From: Eledone cirrhosa
Taxonomy: Eukaryota
Length of the DNA: 64,000 nucleotides
NCBI GenBank assembly: GCA_964016885.1
Contig: OZ024741.1
Location: forward strand, 66,092,001-66,156,000
Reading direction: 5' to 3'
Shown here: positions 53,951 through 64,000 of the stretch, piece by piece
How positions within the stretch are numbered: position 1 is the first letter of the stretch
Layout of the letters: the number at the start of each line of letters is the position of its first letter
Translations under genes and position numbers: made by a program
Notes under the pieces: model-generated
Databases searched by the model: none
The model's input: only the letters and a program-made list of their open reading frames with translations
Told to the model about the DNA's origin: nothing

Positions 53951-54169
53951 CTTGTAGAAATAAATAATTGAGGGGATTCAACCTGTTCGGCCTCCTATCA
54001 TTTTACTCTATAATTTAACTCCGTTCCCACACCACCAGTAGGATTCAACATCAAAGATGTATGAGTTGCGTAACGTTGAGTGCTTTCCTACCATTACATC
54101 ATGATTAACATTGCAGAATGACCAATTCTACCCAGTGGTGAACCACCAAATTTAAACATATATATATAA

Positions 54170-54850
54170 ATTAGTGAAAAATCAGGTTTATATCGAACGT
54201 TGGAAAAGCAGTGAGTCCAAAGGACGAGTTCAGTTAATTCCACAATTACCAAACCATATTAAGGAGACATGTTTCACCTAAATGAATTTCTCCATCAAAT
54301 GGAAAGTCCTCAAGATTGTGCATCGATAAAAGATCAAATATCTTGCAGAGGTTACGCAACGATGTTTGCCTTAACCTGAGATCCTATTTTTCAACCACAG
54401 CTCCCATTCTTCCAAATTTTTGTTGCGCAACTGGAAGGACCCAGTAGTGTTAACTGGCCATGTGTGTATGGTGTCAACTGTACCAACACATGGTGACCAG
54501 TGTGTGTGTGAGTGCGCATGTTCATGTGCAGTTACAGAGGTGTGTTAGCGTATCCTTGTGCTGGTGTATGTATGGGAGTGCTGGAGGAAGTGTTTGTGTG
54601 TTGTTGGGGGTGGTTCGTGTGTATGGGTGTCTGAGTGGAAGAGTGGTGGGGGTGGTTCGTATGGAAGAGTGGTGGGTGTTGGGAAAGTGCTGGCTAGGGC
54701 AATCAGTGGTGCATTTAGACCATGGGGGGAAAAGTGTAGAGAGAAAAATAAAGTGTTGTTCCCTCCTGAGGCTTGAATCTGGTGGTCTGGCACAGACAAC
54801 GAGGCCGAAAATTGTGATGTGATTTGTGGAGTGTCGGGCAAACATTTTCC
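54170..54850 (-). mobile_element. Penelope-like element 3' remnant (end of GIY-YIG domain plus 3' region)
   Basis: Encodes HSTNHITIFGL...RREQHFIFLSTLF/PHGLN, resembling the PLE endonuclease C-terminus. Confidence 0.6.
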
Positions 54851-55031
54851 AAACTAGACATACATTTGTTTTATCTGAGAAAGCCTTTTCCTATTCTTCC
54901 TTTTGTCTATCTTTCTATTTCTTCTTTTATTTCACATTCTCACTTCTGAAAAGTGTTAAACTAATATATATCTTCATTGTACTGTATCAATTGGTGTGTG
55001 GTTTCCATTTCCTTTTCACAAACACATATAT

Positions 55032-55372
55032 ATCATCATCATCATCACCATCATTTACGTCCGCTTTTCCTTGCTTGCAAGGGTGGGACAGGTCTTATTA
55101 AGCACGGCATCTCTCCATTCGTCACAGTCCCTTGTCATCTCCTCCATGAGCTTCAGCGATCTGAGGTCTGCTCTCACCACCTCCACCCATTTTTTTGTGG
55201 TCTTCCTCGACTGCGTCTTCCTTCCACTGGGATTTCTTGGCACTTCTTCACCCAGCGGTCATCCTCCATGCGCATCACATGTCCATACCAAAGCAGTCTT
55301 CTCTCCTGCACACTACAGCCTATCCCTCTTATACACAGTTTCTCTCTCAACTTGTCTATGCTTGGTCGTTCT
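55032..55372 (-). mobile_element. 5'-truncated RTE-C
   Basis: Matches the reverse of 59590-59930; (CAT)n tail; TA flanks. Confidence 0.88.
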
Positions 55373-55567
55373 ATATATATGTTATATATAGAAATAACTT
55401 CTACAGGACTAGAACTGTTTTATCCGTATGATGATTTCATATGAGTGAAATAGTTCTAGTCATGTAGAAGTCATTTCTATATTTAACAAAGCTGCCTATA
55501 CTCTACCAACGTATTGAGTACCTTTTTGAACAGTAATTGCCCCTCATACAACTCAGGAACCTATATA

Positions 55568-55833
55568 TATCATCATCATCATCATCATCATCATTTTACG
55601 TCCACTTTTCCCTGCTTGCAAGGGTGGGACGGGTCTTATTCAGCACAGCATCTCTCCACTCGTCACGGACCTTCATTATCTCCACCGTGAGCTTCAGCGA
55701 TCTGAGGTCTGTTCTCACCACCTCCGCCCATGTTTTTCGTGGTCTACCTCTACCACGTCTTCCTTCAACTGGCATTTCTTGGCACTTCTTCACTCATCGG
55801 TCATCCTCCATGCGCATCACATGTCAATACCAC

Positions 55834-55835
<2 letters not shown>
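55568..55835 (-). mobile_element. 5'-truncated RTE-C
   Basis: Encodes KKCQEMPVEGRRGRGRPRKTW...NKTRPTLASREKWT*; TA flanks. Confidence 0.9.
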
Positions 55836-55911
<76 letters not shown>

Positions 55912-55914
55912 TGG

Positions 55915-55963
55915 GATTCTACAGGACTAGAACTGTTTCATTCTTTAGAAATCATCAGGAATC
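55915..55963 (-). ncRNA. Type I hammerhead-like motif, antisense and upstream of the PLE ORF
   Basis: Minus strand reads gattc-CTGATGA-tttctaaagaat-GAAA-cag(ttctagtc)ctg-TA-gaatc. Confidence 0.55.
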
Positions 55964-56156
55964 TGGCTTTCCAAAAATAAATGTTGTGGTATTTATATCT
56001 TTTCAGGTGGTAGGAGATGGGATGGGTGGAAGTCATTGGTTGAAAGAAAAGGGAATTCATTAAAAGCTAATTCTTTAAGGCTATAGTTTATATTTAGAGT
56101 GACAAAGGCAGAAAGGATTCTATAAACAGGTTCAGAATGGGGTGCCACTCCTTTCC

Positions 56157-57709
56157 CACTCATCCGGACATCGGCTCTATCAGTAAGAAGATCCTAGATA
56201 GAGTTTTATCATCATTGCGGGCTGCCTCACTACTCCCACTCTGGAGCAGAACATCTGAGGCAATATCTTGGTTCCAAGAATTACCCGACAAACGCCACAC
56301 TCGCTTCCTGCAACTCGACATAGAAAACTACTATGCTTCTATCTCGAAGCCCCTCCTGAAGGACGCAATTACCTTTGCCAGGAATTTTACCACCATAACT
56401 GATGCTGAGCAAGATGTTATCCTCCATGCCCGAAGACCTTCCTATACCACGATGGATCTTACTGGATCAACAAGAAGTCTCAGACCCCATTTGACATCAG
56501 CATGGGAGCGAGTGACTCGGCTGAAATTAGCGACCTTGTGGGCCTGTACATTTGACACCACCTGAAGAACCTTTTTACTGGCCTAACCAGAAGCTTATAC
56601 CGAGACGACAGCCTCTTCGCCCTGCACAAGGTTAACCCCAGAACCACCGATGGGTTTCGGAGAAACTTAAGCTCGTTCTTCCATAATCTAGGATTTAGTA
56701 TAACTATAGAATCTAATATGACTAGGGCCAACTTTTTAAATGTCACTCTCGACCTAGATACTTCCCTCTATTACCCGTACCACAAACCTAATGAGTCCCT
56801 TAGATATATTAATGTTAATTCTAACCACCCCAAAAACATCACTGATAACTTAGTAAAAAACGTCTCTATTAGAATCTCTGGCCTCTCTGCCAATGAAGAT
56901 ATTTTTAACGCCTCTGCCTCCTACTACAATGACGCCCTCGCCTGCAGCGGATTTAAAGAAAAGATAACCTACCTAGAAACCACCACAAGACTGCATAGGA
57001 GGAATAGGCATAGGCAGATTAGCTGATACAACCCTCCCTTCAATAGATAGGTCCAAACACCTATAGCTAGGATTTTCTTCACTTTGCTGAACACACACTT
57101 CCCCATACAACATAGGTACTACACCATCTTTAATAAGAACACAATAAGACTCTCCTACTCCACCACCCTAACCTAGCTAGGAATATAGCCAATCACAATT
57201 CTAAAAAATTAAATAAGCCAACCACCTCCGAACCCAATCCCTGGACTGGGGCCTTGTGTAATTGCCTAAATAAGGAAGCCTGCCCACTTGAAAACAAATG
57301 CCAGACAAATGATATTGTATACAAATGCGATGTCATCTGAGGCACCAATGATTGCAACAACAAAAAGACTTACATCGGCATGACTTCCAATAACTTTAAG
57401 ACCCGGTGGTATGCTCATACCCACTCCTTCAAAAGACCGGACAAATCAAACCAAACAACCCTCACCTCCTATGTTTGAGACCTCAAAAGGAACTCCACCC
57501 CCTTCACGCTTAAATGGAAAATACTCTAGAAAGCGCGCTCATACAACGGAGGACACAAGTGCTGCGACCTTTGTATCTCAGAGAGCTACGAAATTTTATT
57601 CGCCAAGGGCCCGCTACTGAACAAACTCTCTGAACACTGCCCGAACTGCATGCACAAAAACTTTGCAGCTTTCAAATACCTTAAGCCAGTGTTAATGCTC
57701 GATGGCTAA
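56157..57709 (+). pseudogene. Penelope-like element ORF (RT plus C-terminal GIY-YIG), Naiad-like, disabled
   Basis: LDIENYYASI, YRDD, NFLNVTL, SNHP, YNPPF, CNC-x5-CP-x4-C, IVY...TYIG...R...H, CDLC...LLN...C.H; several frameshifts and stops. Confidence 0.88.
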
Positions 57710-58058
57710 AAGCGGCTTCACCTTTTTTTTTTTTTTTAAACACCAGCCGACAAAATAGCCCCTCTACCTGCTTCCCACTCCACCCCTAGCCCTCCTCAAC
57801 CTGAAACACGGCACTATGGTTATGTAAGTACCTCTTACCTATCTGCATTTTCTGCTTGTAGAGATGTTTTTATGTGCCTGTGTATATGTGTATATTTATG
57901 AGTACATGTTTGTATGTATTTGTATGAGTGGTCGTTTGTTTGTATCCATATCGCTGTGTGTACGTGCGTTCACACGTTCACATGTACCTGCATTTGGGCA
58001 TGTTTGTGTATGTTTGTGTGTGTATGTATATATATATATGTATATGTATATGTGTATG

Positions 58059-58103
<45 letters not shown>

Positions 58104-58105
<2 letters not shown>

Positions 58106-58212
58106 AGACAATGTCACTGGACCGAGATCTTTGGTGCTACACAGTCATGCAGAAGACCCGCCTTGCCTAAGTACAAAGCGAAACCTACAGTCAGTAGGCA
58201 CCTCTAACAAAA
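58104..58212 (+). mobile_element. Short RTE-A fragment (ORF end and start of 3' UTR) fused to RTE-C
   Basis: Encodes KTMSLDRDLWCYTVMQKTRLA*. Confidence 0.85.
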
Positions 58213-59930
58213 AGGGACCAGCTATTGAGATTGACGAATATAGGGTCCAAGAGGCGATTAAGGAAATGAAAAATGGTAAGGCAGCTGGACCATCAGGAAT
58301 AGTTGCTGAGATGCTGAAGGCATCAGGGGACGTAGGCACTAAACTGGTTGCACGCATCATCAATCAGGCTATATATGGTGGTGACATACCCAAAGACTGG
58401 TGCAGCAGTATTCTCATAAATTGCTACAAAGGTAAAGGGGATGCTCTGGAGAGGAGCAATTATAGGGGTATAAAACTGATGGATCAGGTTATGAAAGTGG
58501 CAGAAAGGATATTAGCACAACTAATTAGAGAAAGGGTCAAACTAGATGAGATGCAGTTTGGTTTTGTGCCTGGGAAGAGTACAACAGATGCCCTGTTCTT
58601 GGTGAGACAATTGCAAGGGAGGTTCTTAGAGAAAAATAAGCCACTATACTTAGCCTTTGTTGACCTAGAGAAGGCCTTTGATAGGGTACCCCGATCTTTC
58701 ATCTGGTGGTCCCTAAGGAAGTTAGGTGTTGAGGAATGGCTTGTGAGGACAGTGCAAACTTTGTACAGAGGTACTCTCAGTAAAGTCAGGGTAGGATTGG
58801 AGTTTAATGAGGAATTCCAGATATAAGTAGGGGTACATCAAGGTTCAGTCCTCAGCCCGCTCTTGTTCATTATAGTCCTCCAAGCCATAACAGAGGAGTT
58901 TAAGACTGGCTGTCCATGGCAACTTCTCTATGCTGACGATCTGGTTCTTATAGCAGAATCAATAGAGGAGCTAGAGAATAAATTCTGGCTATGGAAACAG
59001 CAGTTGGAAGCAAGAGGACTGAGAGTGAACCTAGCTAAGACAAAAGTGTTGATGAGTAGAAAAGAGGACAAAACTCTGATTCCATCAGGGAAATGGCCAT
59101 GTTCGATATGCAGAAAAGGAACGGGCATAAATTCTATAAAATGCACACAATGCAGATCCTGGGTATACAAGAGGTGTAGCGGGATAGCAGGCAAACTAAC
59201 AGGTAGGGAGAAATATGTATGCAGTAGATGTACAAAGAAATTAGACAGTAGAAGTCGCATTGATAGACACATTTTTCAAATGCAGGAGAGCGCTATAGAA
59301 GTGGTGGATAGCTTCCGGTGCCTAGGAGATCAGATTAGCATGGGAGGAGAGTGTTCCGAGGCCATAGTATCTAGAATAAGGATGGGTTGGAAGAAGTTTA
59401 GGGAGCTGCTTCCTCTGCTGACGAAGAAGGGTTTCTCCCTGCGTACGAAAGGCCGGTTGTATGATGCCTGTGTGAGGAGCGCGATGCTGCATGGTAGTGA
59501 GACATGGGCAGAAACTGCAGAGGATATGCGACGGCTGGAGAGAAATGAGGCAAGCATGCTCCATTGGATGTGCAGTGTAAATGTGCGTGAACGACCCAGC
59601 ATAAATGTGTTGAGAGAGAAACTGTGTCTGAGAGGGATAGAATGTAGTGTACGGGAGAGGAGACTGAGGTGGTATGGACATGTGATGCGCATGGAGGATT
59701 ACCGATGTGTGAAGAAGTGCCAGGAAATGCCAGTTGAAGGAAGATGTGGTAGAGGTAGACACGAAAAACATGGGCGGAGGTGGTGAGAACAGACCTCAGA
59801 TCATTGAAGCTCACGGTGGAGATGACAAAGGACCGTGACGAGTGGAGAGATGCTGTGCTGAATAAGACCCGTCCCACCCTTGCAAGCAGGGAAAAGTGGA
59901 CGTAAAATGATGATGATGATGATGATGATG
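58213..59930 (+). mobile_element. 5'-truncated RTE family C (RT with PHD-type insertion); ORF runs directly into the (GAT)n tail
   Basis: RT motifs present; in-frame stop at 58824 and frameshift near 59760; no 3' UTR. Confidence 0.92.
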
Positions 59931-60262
59931 TACCCGACCTCCCATGGGTAAAAGTTGAAGCATATAGACAATATGCCCCCACACCCTCCCACTACAAAGT
60001 GGTCGTGGAGGTGCCACGGCAAAAAAGCAGCCAGCCTACACTGTAAAGTGGATGTGTAGGCGCCACGGAAAAAAGCACCCAGCACTCACTGTAAATGAGA
60101 TTGGTGTTAGGAAGGGCATCCAGCTGTAGAAACCAAGCCAAAATCAGTTCCTGTATTAGCAAGGCATCGTCAGCCGACCAGACACTGCCCACAACAGGAC
60201 AACCCGTCTAACCCATGCTAGCGTGGAAGAATGGACGTAAAACGGTGATGATGATGATGATG
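59931..60262 (+). mobile_element. RTE-B 3' UTR and tail joined directly to the RTE-C tail
   Basis: Matches 32881-33204. Confidence 0.88.
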
Positions 60263-60268
60263 TGTATG

Positions 60269-60307
<39 letters not shown>

Positions 60308-60432
60308 ATATATATATGTATATGTATATGTATATGTATGTATATGTGTTTATATATATATGTATATGTATGTATATAGATATATATGTATATGTATGTA
60401 TGTATATGTATGTATATATATATATATTATAT

Positions 60433-61444
60433 CGGGATCTCAGGAAGCTTAATTAAGAATGTAGGATTCACATGCAGCAGCTGTGCTGAAACAGCAAGCA
60501 AACAGCCACAGGAAACAAGTACCACCAATCTCTGGGAGGGCCCTGTAGAAACAGTAGACAGCTTCTGCTACCTAGGTGACCGAATTAGCAACGGAGGTGG
60601 GTGCTCAGAAAGTACAATAACTAGGGTAAGAACGGGATGGAAGAAGTTTAGGGAACTACTACCACTGCTAGCTGCAAAAGGCTTCTCCCTCAGAATGAAA
60701 GGCAGACTGTATGATGCGTGTATCCGAACAGCGATGTTGCATGGTAGTGAGACCTGGGCGCTGAAGGTGGAAGACTTACGTAGATTAGAGAGAAACGAAG
60801 CCTGCATGCTCCGATGGATGTGTAACAGTAATATACGTGAACGACAAAGCATAAATGAATTGAGAGAGAGACTGAGCATAAGAGGAATCAAATGCTGCGT
60901 GCAGGAGAGGCGGTTACGCTGGTATGGACATGTGATGCGTATGAAGGATGACAGCTGCATAAAAAGGTGCAGAGCACTAGAAGTTGATGGAAACCGCGGA
61001 GTGGGGAGACCCAAGATGACTTGGGATGAGGTGATAAAAGCCGACCTTACCCAACTACACCTCTCAAAGTCAATGACACACGACCGTGACTTCTGGCGTC
61101 ACGCAGTAATACAGGGTACCCGACCTCCCATGGGTACATGCTGAAGCATATAAACAATATGCACCCCCCCCCCCACCGCAAGGTGGTCGTGGAGGTGCCA
61201 CGGCAAAAAAGCATCCAGCCCACACTGTAAAGTGGACGTGTAGGCGCCACGAAAAAGCACCCAGCACTCACTGTAAATGAGGTTGGTGTTAGGAAGGGCA
61301 TCCAGCTGTAGAAATCAAGCCAGATCAGTTCCTGTATGAGCAAGGCATGGTCAGCCGACCAGACACTGCCCACAACAGGACAACCCGTCTAACCCATGCT
61401 AGCGTGGAAGAACGGACGTAAAACGGTGATGATGATGATGATGA
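60433..61444 (+). mobile_element. 5'-truncated RTE-B' with open reading frame
   Basis: Nearly identical to 30919-31930; TA-rich flanks. Confidence 0.92.
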
Positions 61445-61446
61445 TA

Positions 61447-61487
<41 letters not shown>

Positions 61488-61575
61488 ATGTGTGTATGTG
61501 TATGTGTATATATGCATATATATGTGTATGTATATATATATATGTATATATATATATGTGTATATATATATATAT

Positions 61576-62331
61576 AGAGGATATACGCAGACTAGAGAGG
61601 AACGAAGCTTGCATGCTCCGCTGGATGTGTAACAGTAATATACGTGAACGGCAAAGCATAAACGAACTAAGGAAAAAATTAGAGATAAGAGGGATCAGAT
61701 GTTGTTTACTCGAGAGAAGGCTACGTTGGTATGGACACGTGATGCGCATGAAAGTCGATAGCTGTATAACAAAGTGCAGGGCAATAAAGATAGACGGTAG
61801 TCACGGAATAGGCAGACCTAGAAAAACCTGGGACGAGCTGATAAACTCCGACATCACACACTTACACCTCTCCAAGACAATGTCACTGGACCGAGACCTT
61901 TGGCGGTACTCAGTAACAGAGAAGACCCGCCTTACCTAAATATATAGTAAAACCTACTCCAGCCAGTAGGCATCTCTAACAAAATACACCCCGTCCAACC
62001 ACCCCCACCCCATCCACACCACCCCATTCTATGTAAAGTTATGTTGGTGCCGCGCCATCCAGGCCGAAACAAATGAGATCGTGTAGGTGTCACGACAAAA
62101 AAACACACAGTCCACGCTGTAATGTGGCCGTGTAGGCAACACGGTAAAAACCTCCCAGACCCACACTGTAAATGTGGTTGGTGTTAGGAAGGGCATCCAA
62201 CTGTAGAAAACCAGCCAGACAGTCCTATGCGAGCAAGACAATCACTCTTGCCTCAAGTGGGACTACCCCCGTCCAAACCCATGCAAGCGTGGAACACGGA
62301 CGTTAAACGTTGATGATGATGATGATGATGA
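61576..62331 (+). mobile_element. 5'-truncated RTE-A
   Basis: Encodes [18 protein letters not shown]...EKTRLT*, then A-type UTR and tail. Confidence 0.92.
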
Positions 62332-62639
62332 TATATATATATATGTATGTATGTGTATATATGTGTATATATATATGTATGTATATGTATATATATATAT
62401 GTATGTATATGTATATGTATATATGTATGTATATGTATGTATATGGGTATATTTATGTATATATCTATATATATATATATGTGTGTGTATATGTGTGTAT
62501 ATGTATGTATACTTATATGTGTGTGTGTATGTATATGTGTATATGTGTATTTGTATGTCTGTGTATGCGTATATATATATATATATTGTTCCAGACCCAT
62601 GCTAGCGTGAAAAAGGGACGTTAAACGATGATGATAATA

Positions 62640-63447
62640 TCATCATCATCATCACCATTTTACGTCCGTTCTTCCACGCTAGCATGGGTTAGACGGGTTG
62701 TCCTGTTGTGGGCAGTGTCTGGTCGGCTGACCTTGTCTTGCTCATACAAGAACTGATTCTAGCTTGATTTCTACAGCTGGATGCCCTTCCTAACACCAAC
62801 CTCATTTACAGTGAGTGCTGGGTGCTTTGTGCCTACATGTCCACTTTACAGTGTGGGCTGGGTGTTTTTTTGCCGTGGCACCTCCACGACCACCTTGCAG
62901 TGGGGGGTGTGGGGGCATATTGTCTATATGCTTCAGCTTGTACCCATGGGAGGTCGGGTACTCTGTATTACTGCGTGACGCCAGAGGTCACGGTCGTGTG
63001 TCATCGCCTTTGAGAGTTGTAATTGGGTAAGGTCGGCTTTTATCACCTCATCACAGGTCATCTTGGGTCTCCCCACTCCGCGGTTTCCATCGACTTCTAG
63101 TGCTCTGCACCTTTTTATGCAGCTGTCATCCTTCATACGCATCACATGTCCATACCAACGCAACCGCTTCTCCTGGACACAGCATTTGATTCCTCTTATG
63201 CTCAGTCTCTCTCTCAATTCATTTATGCTTTGTCGTTCGCGTATATTACTATTACACATCCATCGGAGCATGCAGGCTTCATTTCTCTCTAATCTACATA
63301 AGTCTTCCACTTTCAGCACCCAGGTCTCACTACCATGCAACATCGCTGTTCGGATACAGGCATCATACAGTCTGCCTTTCATTTTGAGGGAGAAGCCTTT
63401 TGCAGCTAGCAGTGGTAGTAGTTCCCTAAACTTCTTCCATCCCGTTC
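62640..63447 (-). mobile_element. 5'-truncated RTE-B
   Basis: Encodes [11 protein letters not shown]...[10 protein letters not shown], then B-type UTR and tail. Confidence 0.92.
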
Positions 63448-63601
63448 TTAATATATATATATATATATATATGTGTGTATGTGTGTGTTTATATATGTAT
63501 ATATATATATATGTATATATGTGTATATGTATGTGTATATATGTGTGTATGTGTATATATATATGTGTATATATATGTGTATATATGTGTATATATGTGT
63601 A

Positions 63602-63668
<67 letters not shown>

Positions 63669-63940
63669 AGGAGGTGAGTTTTATTGTACCACAATAAAGC
63701 AATGCAAATATTGGATAAGTAGCACTCCACAGTTGTAGGACTGGAGTATAAATAATATAAGATCAAAAGATGGTTAAAAGAGTTCCAAGTATTTTATTAA
63801 AACAAATATCACCATGGGATGATATCTGCCTTTTCATCAGATAAAATATGGATACATGATATGAAGCTTAAAAAACACTTGTGAATAGTGAAGTTTTAAA
63901 TCAACATATCATGTTATATATGTATATATGTATGTATATG

Positions 63941-64000
<60 letters not shown>

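Noticed and set aside
57020-57530. In-frame TGA codons in the Naiad-like PLE as selenocysteine
   Set aside because: Two TGAs fall at expected Trp positions (W-YNPP, YV-W) and none at the Cys motifs; TAG stops and frameshifts also occur, indicating decay

Overview
AT-rich, microsatellite-dense eukaryotic DNA with no recognisable host coding exon. The repeat repertoire suggests a cephalopod (octopus-like) genome; this is inference, not a search result. The window looks intronic or intergenic and is built almost entirely of transposable elements. These include at least three related RTE-clade LINE families (called A, B, C here; APE endonuclease plus RT, (GAT)n tails), with three near-full-length copies. 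There are also fragments of other RTE and CR1 LINEs, three Penelope-like element (PLE) remnants with hammerhead-like motifs, tRNA-derived SINEs, four MITE families (two TTAA, one TA, one with an apparent 6-bp TSD) and two minisatellites. Main observations: (1) RTE families A, B and C carry a C4HC3 PHD-type zinc finger inserted inside the RT domain, absent from another RTE in the same window. (2) An RTE-B copy has inserted into the RT of another, otherwise intact RTE-B. (3) 3' modules are shared and swapped among LINEs and SINEs, with a fossil coding C-terminus serving as the tail. (4) RTE insertions are consistently flanked by (TA)n. (5) There is a candidate recursive splice site. All family assignments were made by eye, and many boundaries are approximate to a few tens of bp.
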